A DNA stretch of 60,455 nt, the filler included. It is 5 parts of 5 records of this genome, joined end to end, with 100 filler letters (N's around TTAATTAATTAA, not from the genome) between each part and the next. Parts side by side here need not be neighbours in the genome. Positions count along the whole stretch, not along the records: positions 1 to 16,892 come from DRR378314_1880; 4 more parts are not named here. One strand, 5' to 3'. Shown here in pieces: positions 1 through 12,389 of this stretch (the stretch's first letter is position 1; each line of letters starts with the position of its first letter). Below the pieces are notes generated by a model that had not been told where the DNA came from, made no database searches, and was given only the letters and a program-made list of their open reading frames with translations. A program made the translations under genes and the position numbers.

Positions 1-1208
1 CGCTACCACCTTGATAGCCACGGCATGCTGACGTATCGAGAATGCACTGTATGCTTTCAATATGTATGACCATTACTGGGCACGAGGAAACGGTGACTCG
101 CGTACCTTGCATGGCGGCGTTTATGGACTCGTAGTCGTGAAAGGTGCGGCTGGCCTTCGAGCGCAGAGGCTGCAGCAGCAGGATGGTGTGACGGCCACTC
201 TGCAACCGCCACAAGGCACAACATCACGGAATTGTTGACTTTCGCAAGCGCGCGAACAGTGGAATATACTTTAAGCAACATCCACAGCCACCTTATCGAG
301 GAAACAGTCTCGCCTGCGCGCATCCATTTCGCCGGACGCGAGGCGGCGGACGCGACGGCGTCTCGCTTCGACGCGCAAAGAGCGAGCGTACTGCCGCCGC
401 TGCGGCCGCCCGGACGGCGAGCTGTTGCTACCGTTCCGTTAACACTACAGTCCTTCACATAGAGAGAGGTGGACACCTACGCACAACGCACGCGGAATAG
501 AGCGGTGAGGGGTCGCGTACCATACTCAGTTGCGTGTTGCGGCACGGACAGGAGAGCGCTTGCACGGCAGAGTGGAGCGGCGGGGAAAGGCGGGTGCGCA
601 GCTGCGAGGAGCGCGCGCACTCGCGACAGCAGGAGCCGCGGCAAGCACCGGGCGAACCGCAGTGCGCGGGAGGGCAGGCTGCGCGCGTGGAGTACCCACA
701 GACGGCCTTTCCATGGAAGGCATTTCAATGGATTTTCTGCTACCTGATATATTTGTAGCCGCAGCAACGAACGTGTTTGCCTTGCGCGAGGCTGCATCGC
801 ACCGTGCCGCCTCGACCGTGTTGGTTCAAATGATTCGCATTCGCTGTACAACTTAATTCCTCTACGTGCACGTTTACAACGTAATAGATGAGCGCATATG
901 GCAAGTATGCTGCAACATGCGCTGGTGTGGGGTGCTCTAACGCCTGGCGCAGGCACCGAGTGTGCGCTCAGCGTTCGCAGTTGCGCGGCGAGCGTTCATA
1001 ATTTCGAATACTCGCGATGATACATATTTCTTTACCACCACTGCACTACAGGGCTCAGTATTGTATGTGAGGGGTCTGTAAGTAGTACCCCCTTCCACCT
1101 CGCGGCCGCGTCCGGCCGCGCGGCGCGCCGCACCGGGACACACAGGCGAATCAGACCGGCGGCGCTGGGGACACTCGCAGCGTGCACAGGGCGACGCCAC
1201 AGGCAACC

Positions 1209-4200
1209 ATGAGCTTCCAGGAATTCGAGACGGGGTCCCACCGCGGATCCCGAGGCGTTGATGGAGATTCAAGCTATATCCGAAACTCTGGCACCGTGGC
1301 GGGCCTCGTCACGCAAATGTCGAACAACGTAAACTCGATTCGCGCGCTCGTCTCGAAGATCGGCACGCATGAAGACACGCACGAGCTGCGCGAGAACCTG
1401 TACGTCTTGCACGCGCTTCTAGCGCTTGGAATGCAGCCGTAAGCACCCGTCAATCGTAATGCTTTGAACGCACATCGATATGGTATATATATTTAAATAG
1501 GATTAGAGTAGATAATTCGTGCCTTTCTTGATATTTCTGCGCGAAAATTGGCCTTGTGGGAGCGCTTTTGTTTCCTCACACGGCCAAGCTCACTCGGTGC
1601 GAGCGGTTCGCGACTCGTACACCCTCGCGCGGGCCGTCCGCGCGCACGTGCTCCGGCGGGGGCGCGCACCGCGCAGAAAGGACAATCGATCCTGCAGTGG
1701 CAAGAGCATTCATACTTTTCTGCAGTAGAATTGCCCTTCCTTTCTCCGATAGCGTGTGGGCTGGTGAGAGCATGAACATCTTTCGCGCAGCGCCTCACGG
1801 GGAAGGGCGCGACGGCGGGTCTGGGCGCGCTTCCTAGGCGCTCGTCGCCGTGTACTGCGCTCGCTGCCCCGCCGCCTTCGCGAGCATCTTGATGCACATC
1901 GCACGGCTGGTCTATCAAGCTTCTTCGTTTGATGTTTGTTTGTTTTTTCGAAACGAGGGAAACAGGTGTCCGTGTCCGTGATGGCTGCGGTCTACTTCAG
2001 CGTACGTTTCGCAGCTGCGCAAGGGTAGCCGGGACGCGCGCCGCTGGCCTCGCTGACGCGACACCACTGCTGCGTGTTTCACTTGGGGCATGCCTCACAC
2101 GACTGCAGACAGGGGCTTATTTCGGGTACAACCGCGCTGGCAAAGAAAGGGAACGAGAGTCTTTTTGCCCTGAAAGATGCGGGACATGGCGACGATTTGG
2201 AGGAGGTGCGTGCGTGCTGGGATTCGCGTTGGCGAAGCGAACTGCGGTTGTGGTGCGCATCCGGTGCCCTTCTTCCTCCACGTGCGACATGGAACTCTGT
2301 AATGCGCGCCACGTGTATCAGTGAAGCTTGCAGAGAGGGAGCACGCGCACTGGTGCCTCCATGGTTGCGACGGCTGCCTTCGTTCGTCGCATGGGTGTGG
2401 TAGGGAGATCCTCGTTTCCCCTGCGCCGCGGGGTGCTTGTCTAGTGCCCTTGGAGTGCTGCTTCGACGCCGCGCGTTCCCTTGCTCGCTGTTGATTCATG
2501 CACTTGTACACTCCGTTTCCATTCGACTGTTTGGCGAGAGTACTGTATCCCATAGAGAATGCTTGAGCCAGTTCGTTTCTCTTTCTCTATCCTGTCGGTA
2601 TACCAGTTCCCATTTCCCCAGTCCCCCCTGGTGAGCGCACTCCACGCGGTTGACTATTGCGTGTTACGCGCGAGAGATCGCTACCACTCTTGATGCGCTT
2701 CGATTGTCGTGATCGCACGCAGTGCCACTGCTTTGTCCGGGTGCTTGGTGTAAGTTACGGTTGTATTCTATCTCGGTTCTGTACGCTAGAGCACGGAAGT
2801 GAGGCGATCTCACACCCCGTTGCTCTCGCTCGCTTGTTACGCTGCGATCGCTTGCATGTCCTCCGTGTAGAGACTGCGAAACCAGCAGCGACAGAAACTC
2901 AGCAGTGACTTCAAGCGCGTTCTCTCGCAATTCCAATCGGTGGCGAAAGAGGCGTCACGCAAAGAGAAGGCGTACATCGCCCGTGCGAGATCGAGTTCAG
3001 GCGATCGGTGCGTTGGTATTGAGATCGGTGAGCGCTCGCTCGTGTCCCTGTTGAGCTTCATCTGCTCGCTGCTGTGAGGTACTCGTGCTATCACTACGTA
3101 TGTGTTGTTGTGTGTGCTTGGTGTGTTCAAGTGGTTGGTACGTGCTACAGCTGTCCTGTTTATTCTGCGGGCGTGCACAGCTCCAGCTTGCTAGCTGCTG
3201 TTCTTGTGCTGCGACGGCGATGCCGGAGCGCCTCCACCGCTGACCCTGTGCGTTGCAGAAACAATATTACGCTGCACCGTGGGCACGGAAACACTCTGTA
3301 TCTGATATGGGTTTTCTTTATGCTGCTGGCGCGCAATCGAGGGCAGACGCACGTTCGACGAAGAAGCACCGGGAACGATTAACACGTACGTTCACCCCGC
3401 CTAGGACACACCGCGCTGACTCTCATGGCGCATCACAGTGTCTGCGTACAATGAGAAAACGGCGGCGCACATACCTGCAAGTGTATGACGCTGTGTATAC
3501 GCGTTCGTTCTCATTTACCCCTCTCCGCTTCTTTCCGCGAGCGAGTCTCATTGTCTCTGTAGTCTGTCCATTGCTTGCTGTCTACGTCGTCTCTGCACGC
3601 GTCGATGGCGTTGTTGCGTGACGGCGACGTCGCGCGTGTGCCGTTGCACGCACGGACACCTGCACGTGGATCGAGCGCACCGGCACGCTGCGTCGCGTTC
3701 TCGTGCAATCCTTCCCCCCCACACACACACCCCGCCCGTCCTCCCGTTTCCCGTGCGTGTGCATTGCTGTGCGTCGGGGAAGCACCGGCAGCATCGGCGC
3801 CAGCTCGTGCTCACCGCGGTGCGCACACACGATCGCTCCGGGGCCTGGGCGAGTGCAGGGATCAGGCGGATTACGCGGAGCAGGAGCAGGAAGTCATGTT
3901 CAATGAAGCTGTGCTGCGTGAGCGCCAAGAGGGTATTAAGGAAATCGAGAATACGATCCTGGAAGTAAACGATATCTTCCGCGACCTCTCGAGCATCGTC
4001 CACGAGCAGCAGGAACAGTTTGGTACGTGCATACGACAAATACGCGTGCGCCCCTGTACGCGGTGTGCGGAAGTGTGCTTGGTGCACGCGGCGCGGTTCC
4101 TCTGCGTGTGGGTTCACTGTGCCGCTCGTCGCGCGTATCGTGGCACACTGGAGGAGCGGTGCTTCGGATACGCCCCTGATGCGGTGCGCAACAAGCTGGC

Positions 4201-4644
4201 GCACGCACCGCTGCAGAGCGGCGCGGTGCCCGATCCACGCGCGGCGCCTGCGCTGATGTGCCCGGGTGCACTCCACGTACTTTCCGCCTGCTGTGCCGCG
4301 GTGCAGATAATATCGAGGACAGCATCACAAACTCGCTCATCCAGGTACGCACGGTACCGCCGTGTGTCGCATAGCGCTGCAGTGCGCGCGTAGCAAGAGC
4401 GCGCACCTTTCGCAGCGAGCGCTGACTCTGGCGCGCGCGAGAGCGATCGCGTGCTAACCCACTGTCTGCCGCCGCCGCCGCCTGGGACGTGTGCGCGCGG
4501 GAATTCCAGTCCGATCAAGCGGTGACGCAGCTCGAAAAGGCATCCACGTACCGCAGTCGCTCCCGTAAACGAAAACTGTGTCTGCTGTTCTGCCTTGTCG
4601 TAGTGATTGCTGTTTTGGTCATTATATTTGCGAAACCCAAGTAG
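1209..4644 (+). CDS. Spliced endosomal Qa-SNARE, syntaxin-7/Pep12/SYP2-like
   Basis: Phase-consistent GT-AG exons read by hand: 1209-1399 (MSFQEFE..KIGTHEDTHELRENL), 2109-2205 (QGLISGTTALAKK..), 2871-3007 (QRQKLSSDFKRVLSQFQSVAKEASRKEK), optional ~3347-3385, 3859-4022 (SNARE motif ERQEGIKEIENTILEVNDIFRDLSSIVHEQ), 4307-4344 (DNIEDSI), 4510-4644 (QLEKASTY.. basic stretch, C-terminal TM helix, TAG). Confidence 0.9.
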
Positions 4645-5014
4645 AATGCGTGGCGAGAGGGCTGTGGCTATCTGGTGTGTGGTGTTGCTGTGGATGATTG
4701 GATGCGGAACAAGGGACGGCGTGCACTGTGTGCGAGCCGCCGCTGCGCCGAGCACCAGTGCGCCACAGCTCTGCAGAGGGACCGGGGCGGAAAGAAGGGG
4801 GTGCCAGCGCATCTGGCGATAAGCAATACACTGGTGCAATGCGATGCGGGCGCGCGTCGACGGGCTGCTATTCCCACGCACGCGCTGCGCATTATGCACT
4901 GCGAGCTGCCGGTGTGCGGCGTCGCGAACTAGGGCGGGCGCGCCACCGGCCCGCGAACCGGCGCGCACGCCCGCGCACGACCACGGCGCCGCCGCTTATC
5001 CGCTCCTGTGCGCC

Positions 5015-5908
5015 ATGACCGATGCGTACGCGCGATACGACCAGTATGAGCAGCAGCATGCCGTGACTAATGGATGGCCGGACCAGAAAAGGAAGAGGAG
5101 TTCGTGGATCCTTGTGGGAATACTCGTTGCAGCAGCTGCCGGCGCAGTGGTTGTCGTCGTTGTGACAAACCCCGGCGACGCTCGCCCCCACCCAATGCCT
5201 ATTCCTTCCTCGCACGACGCAGCCTTCCCCGAAAAGTATACTGGATCGTTCTGTACAAGTTTGCACTATAAAGCAGGATCGTCAGAAACAGCGGAGGGTC
5301 CGTTCGAAAAGTCGCAGATTGACGCGCTGTACCCAACGCAGCACTGCATGACCGCGGGGGACTACGCCCTCGTGGCGAACTTTCAAGGGGACGTGCTTGC
5401 ATGCAAGAACCAGAAGGACTCTTCGTGTGCTCTCTTCGGAATGAGCGCTACTTCGAGCTCTGGACGTGTCTTTTCACATGATACCTGGTATGGTAATTTG
5501 TTCGGCTTCCGAGATATGGTCCTTGGAAATTCTACGTACGACGGAGCACAGCGCTGCTCGGCCCCGCCGGACGCCTGCGCGATCCCGGACCCCTCCGTTG
5601 TGTGCCACCAGTGGAGCGGGCACACCTGCGACTCCTTTCTGCTGCCGTCAAAAACCTGCGGAACGTGGATTTACAAAGTTGATGCGAATACGCTGTGGCC
5701 CAATAGTATTCACTACCACGCCGACACTGCGGTCGAAACGGAGTACGCACTGCTCACCGGCACCACCTTGTACTTTGATCTGCGACCGCTCAACACCTCA
5801 GACGCCTTCGACGTCGCGGCGACGTGCGTTCACTCGTCGCTCCAGGATCAACTCGATGATGCTCAGTCGTGCTTCAATATGTTTCGAGATGCAATTCGCA
5901 TACATTGA
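5015..5908 (+). CDS. Single-exon type II membrane protein with Cys-rich ectodomain, possibly ependymin-related (EPDR/LolA-like fold)
   Basis: ATG at 5015 within ORF 4844..5908. KRKR followed by a hydrophobic anchor (WILVGILVAAAAGAVVVVVV). Motifs FPEKYTGSF, STYDGAQRC..VVCHQW and AFDVAATC resemble ependymin-family motifs; the family call is by eye. Confidence 0.6.
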   Translation: MTDAYARYDQYEQQHAVTNGWPDQKRKRSSWILVGILVAAAAGAVVVVVVTNPGDARPHPMPIPSSHDAAFPEKYTGSFCTSLHYKAGSSETAEGPFEKSQIDALYPTQHCMTAGDYALVANFQGDVLACKNQKDSSCALFGMSATSSSGRVFSHDTWYGNLFGFRDMVLGNSTYDGAQRCSAPPDACAIPDPSVVCHQWSGHTCDSFLLPSKTCGTWIYKVDANTLWPNSIHYHADTAVETEYALLTGTTLYFDLRPLNTSDAFDVAATCVHSSLQDQLDDAQSCFNMFRDAIRIH

Positions 5909-6312
5909 TTTGGAAACTATCATGGCTTTATGCCCAGCTCTCTGCACGTACGCGCAGCTGTCAAGCATATGGTGGAGACGCTGCGCCGCAGAGTGGGAGA
6001 GAAGCCTTACGCGGGAATAGAGCCACCGGGGCACGAAGTGTATCCTCGCAACGCTGCTCTCTGGAAACACAACGAGACCGATACGGCATCACAAATTTGT
6101 ATACGAAAGTGTAATGATGCAAACAGAGAGAAACGCTACTGCAGGTATGCCTTCGGCCCCAAAATGCACGAGTACTGTGATCAATGGCGCTGAGGGTTGC
6201 TCGGAAGAGTGTGCGTGGTGCACGCAGCGGCTACGCGTAGTCAACCAATGCACGAGATCGCGGAAGTACAGTGCAAGAGCACTTCCCAATGATTCTACAG
6301 AAAGCAAGTTCT

Positions 6313-6980
6313 TCAACCACCTACGACATTGGACAGTCTATACTTACCCTTCTTTCGAGCTGTGTCGAAAGGGGGGCACCTGGTCGCTGCGACAGAGCGA
6401 TGGCGCCTGCGCTCGGTTGTGACCACGTGAGCTGCAGGAACCACACGGCGTTCGAAGCCGCGCTTTCGCACCAAGTAATAGCCACGCTCCGTTATCGAGA
6501 GAACGAAAATATTTTGGACATTAATTCTGAAAGGCGTGTCTAATAGGTTTTCACGTATACCGCAGGCACGGAGCCCTCCTCTCCGTATGACGGTTGTGCA
6601 CAATGACATTACGCCCGCTTCGGGCACTCGTGCCGCACAGGCGCACTCTACATCAAGGACATCCACATTCCACACAAAAACCACATGTTGCTCGGACAAT
6701 CGCAACTCGAACGAATGGAGGTCTACCAGTGATACAAGGGTATACTCTACCTCTGTCCGATGCGACGCGAAATCCAACCTGTCGTCATCACTGCGCTGGC
6801 ACTTCCAGGTCTCTGTTTGACTCGAAATTCGCTGCCAGTCACGGGCGACGTGCGCCACTAACAGCGCCTCGCTGCTAACCACCCGTCACGCCAGCGCGAA
6901 GGACGCGGTCGCTTGTCGTATAACAAACTTGATCATCCAGTACCGCGCGCACATTGATCAGGGAGCGCATGAACTGGCCG
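6313..6980 (-). CDS. Possible F-box-like protein fragment (gene structure unresolved)
   Basis: ORF 6313..6882 contains LLVAHVARDWQRISSQTETWK, which resembles the second half of an F-box. HALPDQ lies just upstream in another frame. No consistent splice model was found. Confidence 0.25.
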
Positions 6981-7145
6981 CTCTTCCTTTCTCCGCGTGC
7001 TCGTTAGAGGCAAGCGTTTCACCTTTCGCACCACGCTTGCACCGCAGTAAAGCGCCCAGCGTATTCCCGCTCCGCGCCGCCCGCGGACAACGACGACAAT
7101 AAACATCAACATGTATTAAAGTTCAGGGATAGTGGAATACATGCG

Positions 7146-10100
7146 CTACATTAAGCAAGATTTCACGAAATAATGCAACTTGCCCATGAACGAAGCGTAC
7201 GAATCACCAAACGAAGTATTGCCCTGCACAAGGCTATGCAAAGCGTCACCCTCGCTCGTGCAGGGACGGTGAATGATTCGAAGTATTCCACTGCTGGTTC
7301 CTTCACACAGCGAGTGGCATATGTTTCGTAGACGGGTAATTGCTGACCGATGCGAATCGCTTAGGCCCTGCAGCTGTGCGGGATTGAGGAGTCGTCCGCA
7401 CGCAGGGAGTGTGAGAGAGGCGCACACAGTCAAGGCCATGGGCAAACGACTCGCACGTACTCCCTTATACATCACGTCGATTGCGCCGCCATTCTAGGCA
7501 CTTATGATACTACACGTTGATCAATACCGCTAACAATGAAAAAGATGGGATAGAACGGGTAGTAGTAGAGAGAGCGGCGAAGGATTGGCACATCGAGTAC
7601 GCGTGCCTTGCACTCTACTGCAACGGTACAGCGTAGGCACTCGCAGCAACCGTGTTCCGCATTGTTTGGTGAAAATACCGAGGCGCTTGCCACTACGTGC
7701 ACAACAGCACGAACTGCGCGTGTATGATTACGTGCAAGTCCACGCAACTGCTTGTCGATGCACAATCTCTCGAAATCATGGATGGATATCATCGTGTGCA
7801 CTGTCGCTGTGGCTGCCGTACCTTGGCGTGAAACAGATCGCGCGCACTCGCAACACCGTAGCGCTCCCGCATACGCTCCGGAGGACAGTCCGGCTGCACC
7901 AGAAGGAGCACTTCGCGTCCAGTATCCAACACGTACATACCATCGCCCTGCAAGCACTGCATGTCTAGTTCCTCTCGCTTCGGCAGGACGCATCTACCAT
8001 TCACGGAGAGGACACCATACGGGTCCTGCAGCAACGTGACATCGTACAGACTGCTGACCAATGCACGCACGGTGCCTTCGACGCCCGCACTGCGTAGATA
8101 CAGCAAATCTTCCACCGCCCGTGCGTCTTTGCCGCAGCGATGTATGGAAGGGCGTTTCAATAGACCTAAAACATAGAGCGGCAGCAGACGCAGAGCTTGC
8201 GGGAGCACCATACTCGGTTTTCCGCCGCCATCTGCACAGAAGCGCCGGTACGCGGCCAGCGCGCCAACGACACTGTCTTGCACAGTCTTGCGTAGTGATT
8301 TTCCCATCGCGGGTTCCCGTTTCTGCAGCAACTTTTCGCACGCTTTTACACCACCGGATAGAAATGCCAGAACGTATAAACCTTCGTGAGTGCCAGTTGT
8401 TTGGGAGATTTGCCGATCGTAAGGAGCAGTGCAGATGCAATATACGATAGCAACGAACGCGTCGAGCTCGCCGCAGCACGACATACCTTGCCGCGTCCAC
8501 CACGCTGCAATTGCCTCAGCATCTGCGGAGCGAAACAGATCGTACATGCTACTTGTACTCTGCATGGTACATGTGTGAACAATCGTATATGCGTTGCCGT
8601 CTACATCGATATAGCGCGCCTCGCATTGGATGAATGGACGGGCGATCGGACCACCACAGGGAGAAAGCGACACAGCAGCGTGCTCGTCGCTACACCATGC
8701 AGGTGCCTCGTGCTCCCACGTGTGGGCTCCATTCACCAAAATCCCTGGAACGATGGTGCAACATACGCAGTAGGTACAAATAGTCAATGCGCATCGTGAG
8801 AAGCAAAGGGCGCAGGACGCGCGCACACGATCAACATACACACATAGACAGAGAGAGAGAGAGAGAACGGAGAAAGCACGTCACAAACCGCTCCGCTTTC
8901 GAAGTGCGAGGATCCACGAGTGCATCTCTGCCAGACACGCACGACACACACAAACGCGCGTGCTATGAAGCGCAAAACTTCAGTGCAGCATTGTTTCGTT
9001 ACTATGCGCCTGAGAAAGGACACATCAACACATGCATCGCATCGAGCAACGCGGGAACGGTACAGTCCATGCGCACTCTTGAGAGTAGTAGCACACAGAG
9101 TACCAGCACGCCGCAGATTCGCCGTCTGTGTACGAACCTTTCGACGCGCGCACAACGATGCGCACATGAAACGCGTTCCATTGTTGTAAGATTTTTCTTA
9201 CAGCAATGGGCACGTGTGGGCTTACGATCGACGACGACAGCGAGTGTACTTGCAAGGCAGCTCGGCACGCCTCTGCAGGCGGTTCACAGTGGATCGCCAG
9301 GGCCAACTCCACGCGAGCATCACCACTCCAGCACGCTTCCTCGCCCACAAAGCACGCACACCGAACCATGGGCGCGCATGCAGCGCGATGAACGTTGCTT
9401 GTTATATCGTGTATACCAATTGTCTGCAAAGTGCACACATCAGTTACACGTACACACACGATCGACCGCGAGTGGGCTTCAGAGGTGCCGCAGCGTACGT
9501 ACAGACCACTCTTGGCACTCGCTGTCCAGGAAGGAGCACGTTCAGTGTATGATGTATGCCACAGCGCACGTCCTTCACAGACTCCATCATACTTCGTACA
9601 CCAAAGTAGATATTAACATCAGAAAAAGAGCACTTCGTCCAAGTAAAACGCAGTAAGATATGTATCCAGCCTTTGCCCTTGTTCTCTGGTGGAACGGCCA
9701 AGGTGGTACGCGCTCGCGATGCACTAGGGAAAGGCGACCGTACTCGCCCCTCCACCTACCATGACTCCTGTCGTCAGCGCCGCCGCTCGACCCATGTCGA
9801 TCGACAGTCCCTTCTTTTGATTGCGCATCATAGAGAGTAATAATTGACGGGCTGTAGGCTCAGCCCATGCACTGGCCATTGGGATGCGGTCGCGGTGGAA
9901 AGCTTCGAAAGGGTCCGCTGCTTCTGCAAGCGCGACCGATACTATTTCGAGAGCTCCACGCTGCAGGTGAAGCACCGACACGGAAGGATCAAGAATGAGA
10001 CATGGCAATAAATAGACTATGCATCTCATGCAGCAGTACTTAACAGACTGGACAAATTGGTTGTTAACTTTTTAACCGATATCCACTGGAACAAGGGCTT

Positions 10101-11512
10101 GGACGCTCAAGATGCGCATTCGCAGTGACCTGGAGCCTCTGGCGCTAGCGCCCTTTGTAGTCGAGAACAAACGTCCGCACTTCAAGTGCATAGCCACAAC
10201 TTTGTGAACGGTACTCAGTGATTCAGTGCAACTGTGAGCGGAGAGTTGGTGCAATGGGCATCGCTTTGGCGCAGTGAGGCCCGTGGAACCTTCCCCGCGG
10301 TGCAGAGCGAGGCACGTTCGCTCAGCAGGACGGGTGCATGCCATCCGCTCGTACGCAGGAACCACATCACGACGGTGACCGCATTGCTGCATCAAGGTCA
10401 ACTCCATGGTTAGAACAACACTCACGCACGATCCTTTGCCGTTGGTGTCTCACAACGCAGCACATGCTCGCGCTGGGAACGCACCGCACCGCGGTTGAGC
10501 GCGAAGCCTACTTCGCCGGCACAAGCAACCGCGAAAAGGACGCGCGCGGAAGGAGGGAGCGAAGACAGAAACGCAAAGACGCCATCGATCAGCGCGTGCA
10601 TCGCGTCACTGCGATCGTCGCCCGCCGCCTGCAACAGAAAAATCCATGTCGGTTTTTCGTGCACGTGTGCGTCGTCCGTGCCTGCGCCGCACGGGCTGTG
10701 GTCAGTGGACGTGCGCTCGCGGAACCGCACGGACGACGACGCGGAGCTTGCAAGGAGCGTGCCCGTACTTGCTCCACACAGCGGACACTGCGAGCTATTC
10801 GATCCACGGAGAACCTGCTCGTGGAATGCGAGAGTAGCAGAGCATTGCAGGCAGCGCGGTGGTGCGCTGCCGTGCAGCTGTGCGACCTTGGCACGGTCGG
10901 CGGCGCGCGGGAGTGCAAACGGCGCGACGAACACCGCAGCGGGCAGGCATGCGTCACGAAGAAGCGCCGAAGTGCTCGGAAGCATCCAAGTCGTGGGACG
11001 AATGAATCTGGGCGAGCAGCTCCCAGTATCGATATTGTAAGAGTACTCAAACACAGGAGGAGGGGCTTGGCCCCTGGATTGCAGCGTTCGGAATTCCCTG
11101 TGCACGCAGCGCGCGACCACCAACAAGCGCACAGGAGAGCGCTGTGAGCGCGCACCAGCGCAGCGCAGAGCGAGCACATAGCAGAAGACAGAGCAGCACC
11201 TCCTCGAAACTGAGCTCGCCCGTACAGCGCAGCATTAACCTGCCGTATCTATTGCGACGCACACGAAACACACGCCCATACAGTACGCACACGCCACCGC
11301 ACCGTTGCAGAGTCCATACGGGTCTGCGGTTGGAAGCGCTACGGGTGCTGGCCCGTGTCTGCGCTCTGCGAGTGCGTGCAATGCTTTGCCACAGTGCCGT
11401 TTCTCCTGCGGACGCACGTGGGAAATTCACGGTGCCGCTCTGCCGGGTACCGCGGTAGACTTTGCGGATGAATGGACGGTGCCATTGCGGGGCCGCCGTC
11501 CCCGTCTTCCAT
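7146..11512 (-). CDS. SEC24: Spliced divergent Sec24-family COPII coat subunit (Sec24C/D-like)
   Basis: Domains appear in order: RGQAPPP..DTGSCSPRFIRPT..LP..APFA, zinc finger RCLQC..QCPLC, trunk start (10422..11177 ORF); beta-sandwich FIQCEARY..DLFRSADAEAI, helical LPQALRLLPLYVLGLLK, gelsolin-like DGMYVLDTG (7789..8841 ORF); last exon 7373-7146 ends SYASFMGKLHYFVK. Introns 8486-8343 and 7821-7374 are anchored; middle exons and the start codon are less certain. Confidence 0.8.
8850..8866. repeat. (AG)n microsatellite within the Sec24 gene span, probably intronic
   Basis: agagagagagagagaga read directly. Confidence 0.8.
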
Positions 11513-12389
11513 CGCAGCGCTCGTGCGCGCCGAGCGAGTGCGCCCGCGCGAGCGCGACGGCAGAGGCTCCCTCTGCACCGGCGAGGCGCTTCATATCGTT
11601 TTGCATCATAGGGTTTACTAGTGTGTACGACTCCAGCGCGGCGCGGGCTCGCCTCTGTGCACTGCGCACCCGCCGCTCCGGTGGCTGAGAGCGGGAGCGC
11701 AGTGTAGACTGTGAAGTACCTGCGAATAGTGTAGAGATACGAGAATAGATGCATTACATGTGAAGCGGGCAGAGAGTTGTGTGGCGAAACGCCGTCGCGG
11801 GCTGGAAACACCGGTGTCTGCGAGCAGCAAGTGGCGCTTCGTGCCAAGGCGAAAGGCTGGCGCGAGAGATTGGCAGCACGCTGCAACCGATGCAAACGTG
11901 CGAGGTGCCGGGTTCACTCAGAAATGCACTACTGCTACGGCAAGAAACTGGAAGACATTTGCGCAAGATATTTGCTGTCTTCTCCGCAGGGTTTCACGCA
12001 GCAATGTAACAGTATCATCGTTTATTTTTGCACGCGTACCATGCAAAAAAAATCCATTGGAACTCCAGCCAATAGGAGGCCCAAGCGAAATTACAATACA
12101 GCAGATGTACTTTAGTAAATTACAGGCAAAAAAGGGAACCATGGGACTTCTTTTCTCTGCATAGTGCGCTGAAAACTAAATTTGCAGCGGGAGCAAAAAA
12201 AAGATACGTCGAAGTCTCACGGGGAAGACACATGGCATCGACAAGAGATGCAACGGTAGGAAGCGTCAAGGCATTCCACCGTCTTCCTTGCAGGCAGCAA
12301 CATCGCAAAGCTATTCGTATCCCATACTACACAGACGACCTTTATGCGGTTGAACGCTTTTACGACAACTCATAGATGCAACCTGCGTC

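Noticed and set aside
1-860. Possible 3' end of a plus-strand gene (ORFs 232..462 and 530..856)
   Set aside because: No recognisable motif and no consistent splice model.
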